This document shows positions 1-8,925 of a stretch of 32,000 bases of DNA, piece by piece. Origin of the DNA: Megasphaera elsdenii DSM 20460 (GTDB lineage Bacteria; Bacillota; Negativicutes; Veillonellales; Megasphaeraceae); contig NZ_CP027570.1 of assembly GCF_003010495.1 (NCBI RefSeq), forward strand, positions 2,310,001 through 2,342,000, read 5' to 3'. Every line of letters starts with the position of its first letter. Position 1 is the first letter of the stretch. The notes under the pieces were generated by a model. The model did not search any database, was not told the origin of the DNA, and worked only from the letters and a program-made list of their open reading frames with translations. Made by a program: the position numbers and the translations under genes.

Positions 1-336
1 GAGCTCATCGAAATACGTCCGACTCTGGCACCGGATGCCAATATCCGCCATCGTCCCCTGCTCCTGGCTCAAATCGAAAAGTACGTCCACGTCCACACGT
101 CGTATAAAGGCCTCGCAGTCACGCCGGAAGGCGTCCTCTGTGAAGATCCGCAGGGTCAGCGCGTCCTCGTCCCTGGCGATACGGTCATCTGTGCCTTAGG
201 CCAGCGGTCCCGCACCGACGTCGTAGAAGCCTTGCAAGACAGTGCGCCCTTCGTCCGCGTCATCGGCGATGCCGCCAAAGTATCGACCATCACCAATGCC
301 GTCTACTGGGGGTACTGGGCTGCCCTCGATATCTGA
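1..336 (+). CDS. 3' end of an FAD/NAD(P)-binding oxidoreductase (C-terminal domain of the 2,4-dienoyl-CoA reductase / NADH:flavin oxidoreductase type); the 5' part lies outside the window
   Basis: Frame 1 is open from base 1 to TGA at 334-336. It is absent from the ORF track because it has no start codon. The translation ends ...VICALGQRSRTDVVEALQDSAPFVRVIGDAAKVSTITNAVYWGYWAALDI, a typical C-terminal GD-motif region of pyridine-nucleotide-dependent reductase domains. Confidence 0.55.
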   Translation, partial: ELIEIRPTLAPDANIRHRPLLLAQIEKYVHVHTSYKGLAVTPEGVLCEDPQGQRVLVPGDTVICALGQRSRTDVVEALQDSAPFVRVIGDAAKVSTITNAVYWGYWAALDI

Positions 337-342
337 TTCGGG

Positions 343-1152
343 TCAGTCCTCATACCAGCCGAACAGGGTTTTCCCCGTTTCTAACTGCTGAATCCGGGCC
401 ATGTCGTCTCGATTCAGGGTGACGTCAAAAATAGCGAGATTCTCAATCATCCGCTCCCGATGGGATGATTTCGGGATGACGCCGATGCCCTGCTGAACCA
501 GGTACTGCAAAGCAATCTGTGCGGCCGTCTTGCCGTATTTCTCGCCGACAGCCTGTAAAATAGGCTCCTGGAATATCGGCTTTTTCCCTTCTGTAAAAGG
601 GCTCCATGCCTGCATTTGTGTCCCCTGCGCCACAAGTGTTTGTTGGAGCTCTTTTCGTCTGTAATAGACGTGACACTCGACTTGATTGACAGCGGGGATG
701 ATATCACAACTTCCGATAAAATCAAGATATTCCCGAGCATTGAAATTAGAAATGCCAATGGCCCGGACCCGTCCCTGGCGGTAGGCTTCGGTCAAGGCTC
801 GATACATGTCTAAAGCCTCGTCATAAGGCTCGTGGATGAGCAGCAAATCGATATAGTCAGTCTGCAACCGGGCCAGCGATTCTTCAATGCCCTGCCAGGC
901 CAGTTCATAGCCGGCCCGGGTCTGACAGAGCTTCGTCGTAATGAAGATATCCTCCCGGCGCAGACCGCTCTCGGCCACGGCCTGGCCGACCATGGCTTCG
1001 TTATCGTACATGTGGGCCGTATCGATGAGGCGGTAGCCCACAGCCAAAGCATCGAGGACCGCCCGCTTCCCCGCCTCGCCCTTCAACATCCACGTACCAA
1101 AGCCGACAATCGGCATGGTCAGGCCATTATTCAAAATGATATGCTTATGCAT
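343..1152 (-). CDS. aldo/keto reductase (2,5-diketo-D-gluconate reductase-like)
   Basis: 269-aa ORF with MPIVGFGTW, DTAHMYDNE, ITTKL and LLIHEP motifs. A GGAGG-type SD lies a few nt upstream of the ATG at 1152. Convergent with the preceding partial CDS, 6-nt gap. Confidence 0.9.
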   Translation of the reverse strand: MHKHIILNNGLTMPIVGFGTWMLKGEAGKRAVLDALAVGYRLIDTAHMYDNEAMVGQAVAESGLRREDIFITTKLCQTRAGYELAWQGIEESLARLQTDYIDLLLIHEPYDEALDMYRALTEAYRQGRVRAIGISNFNAREYLDFIGSCDIIPAVNQVECHVYYRRKELQQTLVAQGTQMQAWSPFTEGKKPIFQEPILQAVGEKYGKTAAQIALQYLVQQGIGVIPKSSHRERMIENLAIFDVTLNRDDMARIQQLETGKTLFGWYED

Positions 1153-1405
1153 ACTACGCCTCCATTCATCTTACAAAATCGACTAAAAAAAGGAACTGCG
1201 CATGATACACACTTCATGCTACAGTCCCTGTCTTACTTGGCCTAGTTCAAGCCGCCGGATGATAATTAACAACAGCAATGTCCGTCATAGAATTGCAATT
1301 TGAACTATATACTCAAATATACGATACCATGTTGCTTGGCAAAAATCAACATTTCAAAATTATATGCTTATGCATGATAGATGTAGGAAATTTGAGTTTT
1401 ATCTT

Positions 1406-2032
1406 TTACAAGGAACCATTATTAAGCATCCACGTTTCAAACCGGCAAATACTCGGGTTTTGATTGATGAAATCATTGAGTTCCTCATCGATAATACGGA
1501 TTCCCTTGCGACGAGGTTCACTAGTAAATCGATTCGTGACTTCATAACAGATCCGTGGCGGTGGTGGTGTTTTCAGCGTGTAAAAGACGAGATCCGAATT
1601 ATTACGAATGGCATCTGAAACAACGGACATAGGTGCTACAGCCCATCTATCGGGAATCATCAAATATCGCTGCAACATGGAGCCCGTATTGACCGTTAAG
1701 AGCGGCAGTTCATCAGGATTCCAGTGAGAATGGTGCCATTGCAGGAAATCATTCCCCCAAATCAGCATAATTTGTTGACGGACATCTAAATCTTCACAGG
1801 CAACCTCGTCACCATAGATACTATCCTTATGGCAGATAAGATACATCAGTTCACGATAAATCAGTTTGATAACAATATCTGGATAAGACATCCTGCTAAA
1901 GACAAAACCAATATCAGCATCCAAGCTCTCAAAGGTGTCTGTATTTGATACAATCGAACGATAGCAGGGATTTTGAACACCCCCGTGTGCATAGGCAGGT
2001 TCACTCTTTTCCTTACAAATCTGCGCCATCAT
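1406..2032 (-). CDS. hypothetical protein (no family recognised)
   Basis: Long ORF in a visibly AT-richer patch. The track start at 2098 is a TTG. In-frame ATGs lie at 2077 and at 2032/2029, with no clear SD. I could not place the sequence (..WHHSHWNPDELPLL..KTPPPPRICYE..) in a family. Confidence 0.35.
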   Translation of the reverse strand: MMAQICKEKSEPAYAHGGVQNPCYRSIVSNTDTFESLDADIGFVFSRMSYPDIVIKLIYRELMYLICHKDSIYGDEVACEDLDVRQQIMLIWGNDFLQWHHSHWNPDELPLLTVNTGSMLQRYLMIPDRWAVAPMSVVSDAIRNNSDLVFYTLKTPPPPRICYEVTNRFTSEPRRKGIRIIDEELNDFINQNPSICRFETWMLNNGSL

Positions 2033-2075
2033 GGTATACTGGAACAAAAGGAATCTACAACAAGAAGCTGATATC

Positions 2076-2654
2076 ATGGGCTTATTTGATACTTTCAAGA
2101 AACTGTTCCATCATTCCATCGATAACACATCGGCAGCAGAGCAGACTCTTCCCCGGGGCAACAATCCCCCTGTGAAGATTACGTTTTCACGAGAACCCCC
2201 TGCGGATAGTCCATCTCCAGATATAGTTCCCCTCAGTGTACGTCTGAAAAAGGCGGTTCCCACAATGAGGGGCCTGTATCCGCATGAAATCCTGATGCTT
2301 GAATATGCCCATACTTACTCTACAGACTTATCGCATCAGCATTTCCAGGGATTCTGGTATTATGAATATTCCGTAGAACATCCTGGAGATGTATTAAAGT
2401 CACTGGAAAAAAAGGTTTTATCCAGCCCGGTAACCTGCGTTCTGCCATCGAGAATCAGACAGTACCGGTGATAAAAAATGAATTGAGGGCAATCGGTCAA
2501 AAAGTAAGCGGCAAAAGGCTGATCTGATTGACCGTCTGTTAATGTCCCCTATCTCCATCGCCACAAGTATATGTCCATCTGGGAAATGAACGACCGGTTG
2601 AACCATAAGAATCCGCATCACCTCGGCTTCCGCGACCTTATCTGGCAGTTCTTC
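2076..2654 (+). pseudogene. decayed SAP-domain protein gene (multiple frameshifts, probable internal deletion, 3' truncation)
   Basis: MGLFDTFKK... opens at ATG 2076. After the A-run at about 2406-2413 the sense continues in another frame (GFIQPGNLRSAIENQTVPVIKNELRAIGQKVSGK). A second shift at the A-run near 2511-2514 gives KADLIDRLL, a classic SAP/HeH motif. A third frame gives SIWEMNDRLN..FRDLIWQFFN. Homology stops at the 26-bp repeat at 2655. Confidence 0.55.
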
Positions 2655-2680
2655 AACGATGAACCCCCTTGCACCCCCCT
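2655..2680. repeat. 26-bp exact direct repeat copy 1 (aacgatgaacccccttgcacccccct); left island edge
   Basis: Identical to 9493-9518. Flanks differ on both sides (2654 c vs 9492 t; 2681 a vs 9519 g). Contains one TGCACCCCC motif (2670-2678). Confidence 0.85.
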
Positions 2681-2917
2681 ATTATATAATTACCAGTTTT
2701 CAAACCTTCGCCGCATATTCAAAGCACATATTTCCTGCATTTCTTCCTCGGAAAAATCCGATGACAGATTTTATCGATTTTGTTGCATGATTTGACAATG
2801 ACATCCCCTCCTCGCAATATATTTATTTTGTACCTATCATGGCAAAGTGTCACGCCGTTTGCTTCAGCAACATCAAAAAGCTCCTTTGCCATGCGGCAGT
2901 CATTTGGCTCTGCCCTC

Positions 2918-3955
2918 TTACTCCTTCGGTGCGTGTTTTGCCCACGCTTGGCCTTCACTGTCGGCATTTTTGGTGTTTTGCGCCATAACGCCCACCAGCG
3001 GATGAGGAACATATAGTTCTTCCAGATAGTTCCTGTCCTCGTCCGTCAGCGTCAAATCCACCGCCTTGACTGCCCCTTCCACATGATGAAGCTTGGTTGC
3101 CCCGGCTACGGGAGCATCTACCTTTGTCAGCAGCCATGCCAAGGCAATCTCGGTCATGGTGATCCGGTATTTGTCCGCAAGTTCTGCCACTCGCACAATG
3201 ATTTTCTGGTCAGCCTCCGCCATACCGTCATATTTCAGATGCGCCATACTGTCCTCTTGAAGCCTCTTGGTGATTTCGCCGGGTTTGCGGGAAAGCCTGC
3301 CGCTGGCTAAGGCGCTATACGGCGTCATGGCAATATTATCCTCTTCGCAAAGTTCTGCCATCTCCCGCTCTTCCTCACGGAAAAGCAGATTGTAATGGTT
3401 CTGCACAGAAATGAACTTGGCAAAACCTTCCTTTTCGGCGAGCGCATTCGCCTTGGCGAGCTGCCATGCGTAGCAGTTGGCGATGCCCACAAAACGCGCC
3501 TTGCCCGCTTTGACCATGCGGTTCAGTCCATCCATGACCTCATAGATTGGAGTCTTATAGTCCCACATATGGCAAATATACAGATCCACATAATCCATGC
3601 CCAAATGCTTCAAGCTCATGTCAAGAGATTTTTCGATATGCTCCTGCCCCGTCACGCCGTCTGCGATTTCCTGCGGACTGCGGGGCAGGAATTTTGTCGC
3701 CACTGCCACGTCCTCGCGTCTCGCGAAATCGCGCAAAGCCCGCCCCACATATTCCTCGCTCGTGCCGTTCTGGTAAACGATGGCGGTATCAAAGAAATTG
3801 ATGCCCAGCTCCAGTGCATGTTTGATGATGCTACGGCTCGTTTCTTCGTCCACCGTCCAACTGTGCTGCCCCGTCTTGGCATCGCCAAAGCCCATGCAGC
3901 CCAGGCAAATACGGGAGACGTGCAAATCCGAATTTCCCAGTTTCGTGTATTTCAT
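2918..3955 (-). CDS. aldo/keto reductase (Tas/YajO-like long form)
   Basis: 345-aa ORF: MKYTKLGNSDLHVSRICLGCMGFG, INFFDTA..Y..G.SEE, YVDLYICHMWD, GATKLHHVEGAV. Confidence 0.9.
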   Translation of the reverse strand: MKYTKLGNSDLHVSRICLGCMGFGDAKTGQHSWTVDEETSRSIIKHALELGINFFDTAIVYQNGTSEEYVGRALRDFARREDVAVATKFLPRSPQEIADGVTGQEHIEKSLDMSLKHLGMDYVDLYICHMWDYKTPIYEVMDGLNRMVKAGKARFVGIANCYAWQLAKANALAEKEGFAKFISVQNHYNLLFREEEREMAELCEEDNIAMTPYSALASGRLSRKPGEITKRLQEDSMAHLKYDGMAEADQKIIVRVAELADKYRITMTEIALAWLLTKVDAPVAGATKLHHVEGAVKAVDLTLTDEDRNYLEELYVPHPLVGVMAQNTKNADSEGQAWAKHAPKE

Positions 3956-3988
3956 GAAAAACAGTCCTCTCCTATCAATGAGTATATC

Positions 3989-4684
3989 TTATCGCAGTTC
4001 TTTCCTCAATCCCTCAAGCCAAGCGTCGATGTCCGCTTGGGAAGTCAGCATATGGTCGCCGCCCTCCGAATCAAACTGTATTTCCATAGCTGCGGCAAAT
4101 TTTGCCCCGGCGCAGTATTCCTTGATGTCCGTGATTACATGCCCCGGCCAGCCGCCGTGTGTCATAAAGGGAATGACCGTCTTGCCCGTCCAGTCCTGCG
4201 ATTTCAGGAAAGTGTGCATGGGAGGCGCCATGGTAAACCACCAGGTCGGCGTTCCCACGGCGATGATGTCATAATCGGCGATATTCACCGCAAGGGGCTT
4301 GATTTCCGGCATAAAGCCGGCCTCCACCTCCCGCTTCCCTTGCTCGGTCACTTCGCTGTTCCAGCCGCCATAGGGCGGATAAGGATGGGTCGGCTCGATT
4401 TCTGCATAATCGGCATCAAGAACCGTTTGCAACTGTTTGGCGATTTTCCTGGTGTTGCCACGGGAAAAGGAATAGCAGACGACCAAAATCTTCTTATCCT
4501 TGCTCATAATTCTCTCCTCCTGCTTGCTCATCATTTTTTCCTCCGCTAATTTCGCGTCCTTCATGCCGTCCGTTTTCAACGAGGAATTTTGCGGCTCGGA
4601 ATCTGCCGTAAAAGCGATGCCGAAAACGGCCAACATAGTCAGCAAAAGTGCGGCAAAGACGAACCGATATGTATGAGGCTTCAT
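3989..4684 (-). CDS. flavodoxin-family protein with an N-terminal signal/anchor extension (alternative internal start at 4507)
   Basis: Core KILVVCYSFSRGNTRKIA...YDIIAVGTPTWWFTMAPPMHTFL...GKTVIPFMTHGG is flavodoxin-like. The long form starts MKPHTYRFVFAALLLTMLAVFGIAF with SD AAGGAGG 7 nt upstream. The internal ATG at 4505-4507 (MSKDKKILVV) has its own AGGAGGAG SD. Confidence 0.8.
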   Translation of the reverse strand: MKPHTYRFVFAALLLTMLAVFGIAFTADSEPQNSSLKTDGMKDAKLAEEKMMSKQEERIMSKDKKILVVCYSFSRGNTRKIAKQLQTVLDADYAEIEPTHPYPPYGGWNSEVTEQGKREVEAGFMPEIKPLAVNIADYDIIAVGTPTWWFTMAPPMHTFLKSQDWTGKTVIPFMTHGGWPGHVITDIKEYCAGAKFAAAMEIQFDSEGGDHMLTSQADIDAWLEGLRKELR

Positions 4685-4696
4685 CGTACTGCCTCC

Positions 4697-4816
4697 TTAT
4701 ACTTCAAATTTTTCAGGCTCTAACCGCTTGATACATTTGGCAGGATTGCCCACCACGACTTCATAGTTCCCCACATCTTCTCCTATCTTTCGCAAATCAA
4801 TCCGTACTTCGTCCAT
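4697..4816 (-). pseudogene. C-terminal stub of a hexapeptide-repeat sugar O-acetyltransferase
   Basis: 39-codon ORF MDEVRIDLRKIGEDVGNYEVVVGNPAKCIKRLEPEKFEV. The VVVGNPAK.I..L ending is typical of the last beta-helix turn and tail of maltose/galactoside acetyltransferases. The rest of the gene is absent. Confidence 0.45.
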
Positions 4817-4833
4817 TTTTTGTTCCTCTTCCT

Positions 4834-6471
4834 TTAGTACATATTGATATTTTGCCAGAAAGCGAAATGGTGGCGCTGCTTGTATTCCTTCATATCCACC
4901 ATCTGCGGCTTCCCTTGGCCAAGTTTCAAATAACGGGCATGGTCGCCGTCAAAACGCTTCCATATTCCCTGCTCGTCCACTTTGGACATGCCCGTCCAGA
5001 TTTTCGCCATCTGCTTGGCGACCTTCTGCTGCTTGGGCGTGAGTTCGGTGCCGATGTCTGAAGAACCGTGAAAGCCGGGGAAAAGATACGGCAGCTCGTA
5101 AGTATGCGCCGTTCCCTGCTCAAAATCGGTCGCAACATACTTGGGACACTGCGGATCGCTGAACTCGTAGTAATAGACTTTCAGCTTGCTGTCGAGCGAA
5201 TCGGCAATCCGATAAATCGGCGCAGCAAACCAGCTGTCCGTGATGACCTGTGCATACGCCTCGGCGGGACTGCCGTAAGCCTCTGCGGGATACTCGGCCA
5301 TCACCTTGTCCGCAAAGCCGGGGATAGCGTACTGTTTTTCCAATGTCTCGAGATTGGTGCGATAGGCGGCCTCGTCCATATTTTTCCCGGCAATGCTCTC
5401 CGTCAGGGCGGCAAAGAAAGAACCCTCGTTTTGCACATTGCCAATGCCCAGCCGTTCGCCGTTTACTTCGCCGTTCTTAAAGGCTTCAGCGATGCTTGAC
5501 GGCACATACTCACCGTCACGGGTGATAATGCCGTCCAATAAATAGTTGTTTTCCAAAGCCAAAATTTCTTCCGTGGAAAGGGAGCGCAACTCCTCGGCGG
5601 TAGCGTTTTCCAATCCTGCCGCTTTAGCCAGGCCGATGCCCTTTTCCTCGGCCTGTTCCCGCGAAATCGAATGGCCATTGGCATACATGACAGGACTGGA
5701 CATGGCGATGATGTTTTTGAACAAGCCTTTGGCCTTGGGACTGGCCATCAGGATTTGCGAGCTTTGCCCGCCGGAGGATTCGCCGGAAATCGTCACATTG
5801 TCGGGATCGCCGCCGAAGTTCTCGATATTTCTCTGCACCCATTCAAGCGCCGCAATCTGATCCATCACGCCGTAATTGACAGCGGCGTGACCTTCCGCAT
5901 CAAGGGCGGGATGGGCAAAATAGCCGAACGCCCCGAGCCGATAGTTTATCGTCACCACCACGGCGCGGCCTTCCTTGGCTAAAAGCGAGGGGTCATAATC
6001 GCTCCCCGCGCCGACCACCAAAGCCCCGCCATGAATCCAGACAAAGACGGGAAGTTTATCGGGGTCGCCGGGTTGCTTCTCCGGCACGGCCACATTGAGG
6101 TACAGGCAATCTTCTGAGCCGCCTGCCGTTGCGAACACGCCCAAGTAACCCGTCTGCGCCGCTTCGCTTTTGTATTCGGTGGCATCAAGCACCCCATGCC
6201 AGTTATCGACCTTCACCGGCGGCCGCCAACGCAGCTCACCGACCGGCGGCTTGGCGTAGGGAATCCCCCGCCAGTAGCGCACACCACCCTTGGCAAAGCC
6301 CCGCACTTGCCCGTTTTCGGTATTTGCCAATACGTTTTGGCTGACGGCCTGCGCCTCTGCTGCGTACACCATCGTTTGCTGATTGGGCAGCACCGCCGGA
6401 ATAATCAACCAAGCGGCAGCGGCTGCCACAGCCAAAGTTTTCTTTAAGCGGGAAGAAAATTTGCTGCTCAT
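4834..6471 (-). CDS. secreted carboxylesterase, type B family
   Basis: 545 aa. Signal-like N-terminus (KKTLAVAAAAAWLIIPAVL...AAEAQA). Also WRGIPYAKPPVGELRW, EDCLYLNV and the nucleophile elbow GESSGG. Its ATG overlaps the upstream stop (ATGA). Confidence 0.9.
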   Translation of the reverse strand: MSSKFSSRLKKTLAVAAAAAWLIIPAVLPNQQTMVYAAEAQAVSQNVLANTENGQVRGFAKGGVRYWRGIPYAKPPVGELRWRPPVKVDNWHGVLDATEYKSEAAQTGYLGVFATAGGSEDCLYLNVAVPEKQPGDPDKLPVFVWIHGGALVVGAGSDYDPSLLAKEGRAVVVTINYRLGAFGYFAHPALDAEGHAAVNYGVMDQIAALEWVQRNIENFGGDPDNVTISGESSGGQSSQILMASPKAKGLFKNIIAMSSPVMYANGHSISREQAEEKGIGLAKAAGLENATAEELRSLSTEEILALENNYLLDGIITRDGEYVPSSIAEAFKNGEVNGERLGIGNVQNEGSFFAALTESIAGKNMDEAAYRTNLETLEKQYAIPGFADKVMAEYPAEAYGSPAEAYAQVITDSWFAAPIYRIADSLDSKLKVYYYEFSDPQCPKYVATDFEQGTAHTYELPYLFPGFHGSSDIGTELTPKQQKVAKQMAKIWTGMSKVDEQGIWKRFDGDHARYLKLGQGKPQMVDMKEYKQRHHFAFWQNINMY

Positions 6472-6839
6472 TTTGCTGCTCCCTCCTCCACATAAGCCTT
6501 CTTCATGGAATTAAACGCCGCCCACACATTCGGCCAGCCGGCATAAAACGCCTGATGGGTCAAGATTTCCGCCATTTCCTCTTTGGTGACGCCGTTCTTC
6601 TTGGCTTCCTGCATCTGGTACTGACAGGCGAAGGTATCGCCCATACCCTTGGCTACCAAGGTTGCCACCGTCACCATCGAGCGGTCACGCAGGGAAAGTT
6701 TGTCGTTCCGCGACCAGACCTCGCCGAACAGGACATCATCGTTGAGCCGGGCAAATTCCGGCGCAATCTCGCCGAGCATATCGCGCCCCGCCGTCTGCAC
6801 TACCTTTACCGCTTTTCTCTCGTTATTGTTCTGCTCCAT
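6468..6839 (-). CDS. carboxymuconolactone decarboxylase (AhpD-like) family protein
   Basis: 123 aa; EVWSRNDKLSLRDRSMVTVATL...GVTKEEMAEILTHQAFYAGWP is the CMD-domain signature. Confidence 0.85.
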   Translation of the reverse strand: MEQNNNERKAVKVVQTAGRDMLGEIAPEFARLNDDVLFGEVWSRNDKLSLRDRSMVTVATLVAKGMGDTFACQYQMQEAKKNGVTKEEMAEILTHQAFYAGWPNVWAAFNSMKKAYVEEGAAK

Positions 6840-6920
6840 TTATGCCGCCTCCGTAAACATCAAATTCATCGATAAAATTCCTGCCGCCAGCAATGCAGCT
6901 GCAAGCTTATAGAAACGCAT
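6840..6920 (-). CDS. 26-aa signal-peptide-like mini-ORF abutting the CMD start (possible severed leader)
   Basis: MRFYKLAAALLAAGILSMNLMFTEAA, with GGAGG about 8 nt upstream of the ATG at 6918-6920. Its TAA (6840-6842) directly abuts the CMD ATG (TAAATG). Below the track length cutoff. Confidence 0.3.
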   Translation of the reverse strand: MRFYKLAAALLAAGILSMNLMFTEAA

Positions 6921-6997
6921 AGTCCTATCCTCCGTCATTTCAAGGCTTTATAAGCCGCTTCATCCACCGGCTCCAGCCACTCTTTGCCCCCTTCTTT

Positions 6998-7843
6998 TTA
7001 TCTTACCTTCAGTTGATTCAGCTTTTTGATAAGTTCCACGTCCGTCAAATCGGCAATGGCATCATTCCTGTCCAGCAGGTCAATCGCCGTGATTTCCTCT
7101 TTCGTCAGACGAAAATCGAATATGTCGAAATTCTCCTCTATGCGTTTCTTGCGTACGGATTTTGGAATCGTGACGATGCCGCGCTCCACATCCCAGCGCA
7201 GTATGACCTGCGCCGGAGTTTTCCCGTATTTTTTCCCGATGGAAATAAGAGTTTTATTTTCAAGGATTCCCTTGCCGCCATGCCCCAATGGGCTCCATGC
7301 CTCCATCTGGACATCGTATTCCCGCATGATTTTCTCGGCGGCTTTTTGCTGATAATAGGGATGGAACTCCACTTGGTTGACGGCCGGCGGCAGCTTATTG
7401 TTCATGATGAAATCCACCAGACGGTCGCTGCCGAAGTTGCACACGCCGATTGCCCGAATACGCCCTTCCTGATACAGTTCCGTCATGGCCCGCCATGAGC
7501 CGTAACAGTCTCCGCAAGGCTGATGAATAAGATAGAGGTCGAGATAGTCAAGCCCCAGTTTTTGCAAGGACGTTTCAAACCCCGCTTTGGCATTTTCATA
7601 GCCCGCATCCTGTATCCATAGCTTTGTCGTGACGAACAGTTCCTCGCGGGGAATGCCGCTTTCCTTGATGGCACGTCCAACGGCTTCTTCATTGAAATAA
7701 GCCGAGGAAGTGTCGAGCAGCCGATAGCCCGTTTCCAGCGCCTGAAGGACGCTCGTCTCGCATTCCTTTGGGTCGGTCATCATGTAAACACCAAATCCCA
7801 AGAGAGGCATCTTGATGCCATTGTTCAGCATGGTATATTCCAT
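6998..7843 (-). CDS. aldo/keto reductase (DkgA/YvgN-like)
   Basis: MEYTMLNNGIKMPLLGFGVY, LDTSSAYFNEE, VTTKLW, YLIHQP. I prefer the ATG at 7843 (AGGAGA 6 nt upstream) over the track start at 7894. Confidence 0.9.
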   Translation of the reverse strand: MEYTMLNNGIKMPLLGFGVYMMTDPKECETSVLQALETGYRLLDTSSAYFNEEAVGRAIKESGIPREELFVTTKLWIQDAGYENAKAGFETSLQKLGLDYLDLYLIHQPCGDCYGSWRAMTELYQEGRIRAIGVCNFGSDRLVDFIMNNKLPPAVNQVEFHPYYQQKAAEKIMREYDVQMEAWSPLGHGGKGILENKTLISIGKKYGKTPAQVILRWDVERGIVTIPKSVRKKRIEENFDIFDFRLTKEEITAIDLLDRNDAIADLTDVELIKKLNQLKVR

Positions 7844-7874
7844 ATACATTCTCCTCTGCAATCCACTCGAAAAT

Positions 7875-7910
7875 TTACGGCTTTTGGAAGGCATTTTCCG
7901 TAACGGCCGT
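7875..7910. promoter_or_regulatory. candidate LysR operator in the divergent AKR/lysR intergenic region
   Basis: Inverted repeat TTACGG-N17-CCGTAA (7875-7903) with a nested GGAA..TTCC, followed by the 8-bp perfect palindrome ACGGCCGT (7903-7910). A plausible lysR promoter is TTGCAA (7949-7954), 17-nt spacer, TATCAT (7972-7977). Confidence 0.3.
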
Positions 7911-8013
7911 GTCCCTCCGTCTGTAAATTCATTTTATGGCAAATCTCCTTGCAACGGAAGTCGCTTTTTGCTATCATGGCATTAACCAAAAGGTTCATAC
8001 AGGAGGCTTTGCG

Positions 8014-8922
8014 ATGTACAACAAACACTTGGACGCATTTCTGATGGCGGCCGATTGCGGCAGCTTCACGAAGGCGGCGAAAAAACTCTTCATCACCCCC
8101 AATGCGCTCATCAAGCAGATCAATCTCTTGGAGGGCAGATTAGAATTGACGCTGTTTCGGCGGACGAACCACGGCATTGTGCTTACAGAGGCCGGCAAGA
8201 GCATTTATCGGGATGCCCGCCGCATCATCCATATATCCGAGCAGGCTCTGGTTACTGCCAAGGCACTCACGACAGGCAAGCAGAACATTATCCGGCTGGG
8301 CAGTTCTATGATGAATCCCTGCCGCCCCATCATGGAGCTATGGGTGGCTGTAAGCAGTCGTTATCCTCATATCAAACTTTCCATCGTCCCCATTGATGAC
8401 GGAAAAAGTGACAAACAGGATTCTTTCGCTGAAAAAACGGGAAGCGTCGACATCATTGCCGGACTCTTCCCGTCCACATTATGGAAAAATAAAGTCAATG
8501 CCCTCAAAATACGCCAGCTTCCCTTGGCGGTGGCCGTCCCCATCAATCATCCGCTGGCAAGCTGCAAAAGGCTGATGCTGACCGACCTCTACAGCGAGAC
8601 GCTCCTCATGGTGGAGCGGGGCGACACAATTTATATCGACCGCTTGCGCGATGAGCTTGAAACCGCGCACCCGCAAATCCATATCCACGATGTACCTTCC
8701 TATGACATCAGCATCTTCAACTATGCAGCCACCACGGGGCATCCCATGATTACCGCCGATATTTGGTCGGAAATCCACCCTTCCCTCGTGACGCTCCCTT
8801 GCGACTGGGGAGGCGATTACTCCGTCCCATACGGCCTGCTCTATGCCAAAGAGCCTGCGCCGCACGTCAGGGAGTTTGTGGAGATTATGACAAGTTTGAT
8901 AAAAGAACAAACAACATTTTGA
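8014..8922 (+). CDS. LysR-family transcriptional regulator
   Basis: MYNKHLDAFLMAADCGSFTKAAKKLFITPNALIKQINLLE is the LysR HTH. ATG at 8014 with AGGAGG 7 nt upstream (track start 7936 is further upstream). Divergent from the AKR-CMD-esterase-flavodoxin-AKR operon. Confidence 0.9.
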   Translation: MYNKHLDAFLMAADCGSFTKAAKKLFITPNALIKQINLLEGRLELTLFRRTNHGIVLTEAGKSIYRDARRIIHISEQALVTAKALTTGKQNIIRLGSSMMNPCRPIMELWVAVSSRYPHIKLSIVPIDDGKSDKQDSFAEKTGSVDIIAGLFPSTLWKNKVNALKIRQLPLAVAVPINHPLASCKRLMLTDLYSETLLMVERGDTIYIDRLRDELETAHPQIHIHDVPSYDISIFNYAATTGHPMITADIWSEIHPSLVTLPCDWGGDYSVPYGLLYAKEPAPHVREFVEIMTSLIKEQTTF

Positions 8923-8925
8923 TTT

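Noticed and set aside
2719-3012. 97-aa minus-strand ORF, and the internal 57-codon MAKELFDVAEANGVTL.. reading
   Set aside because: The long version overlaps the AKR C-terminus in another frame. The short version has no recognisable family and no clear SD. It may be debris at the element edge.
3395-4549. 384-aa plus-strand ORF spanning the AKR and flavodoxin genes
   Set aside because: It is antisense to two well-supported genes. It has no SD and an Arg/His/Leu-rich, low-complexity composition typical of shadow frames in GC-rich coding DNA.
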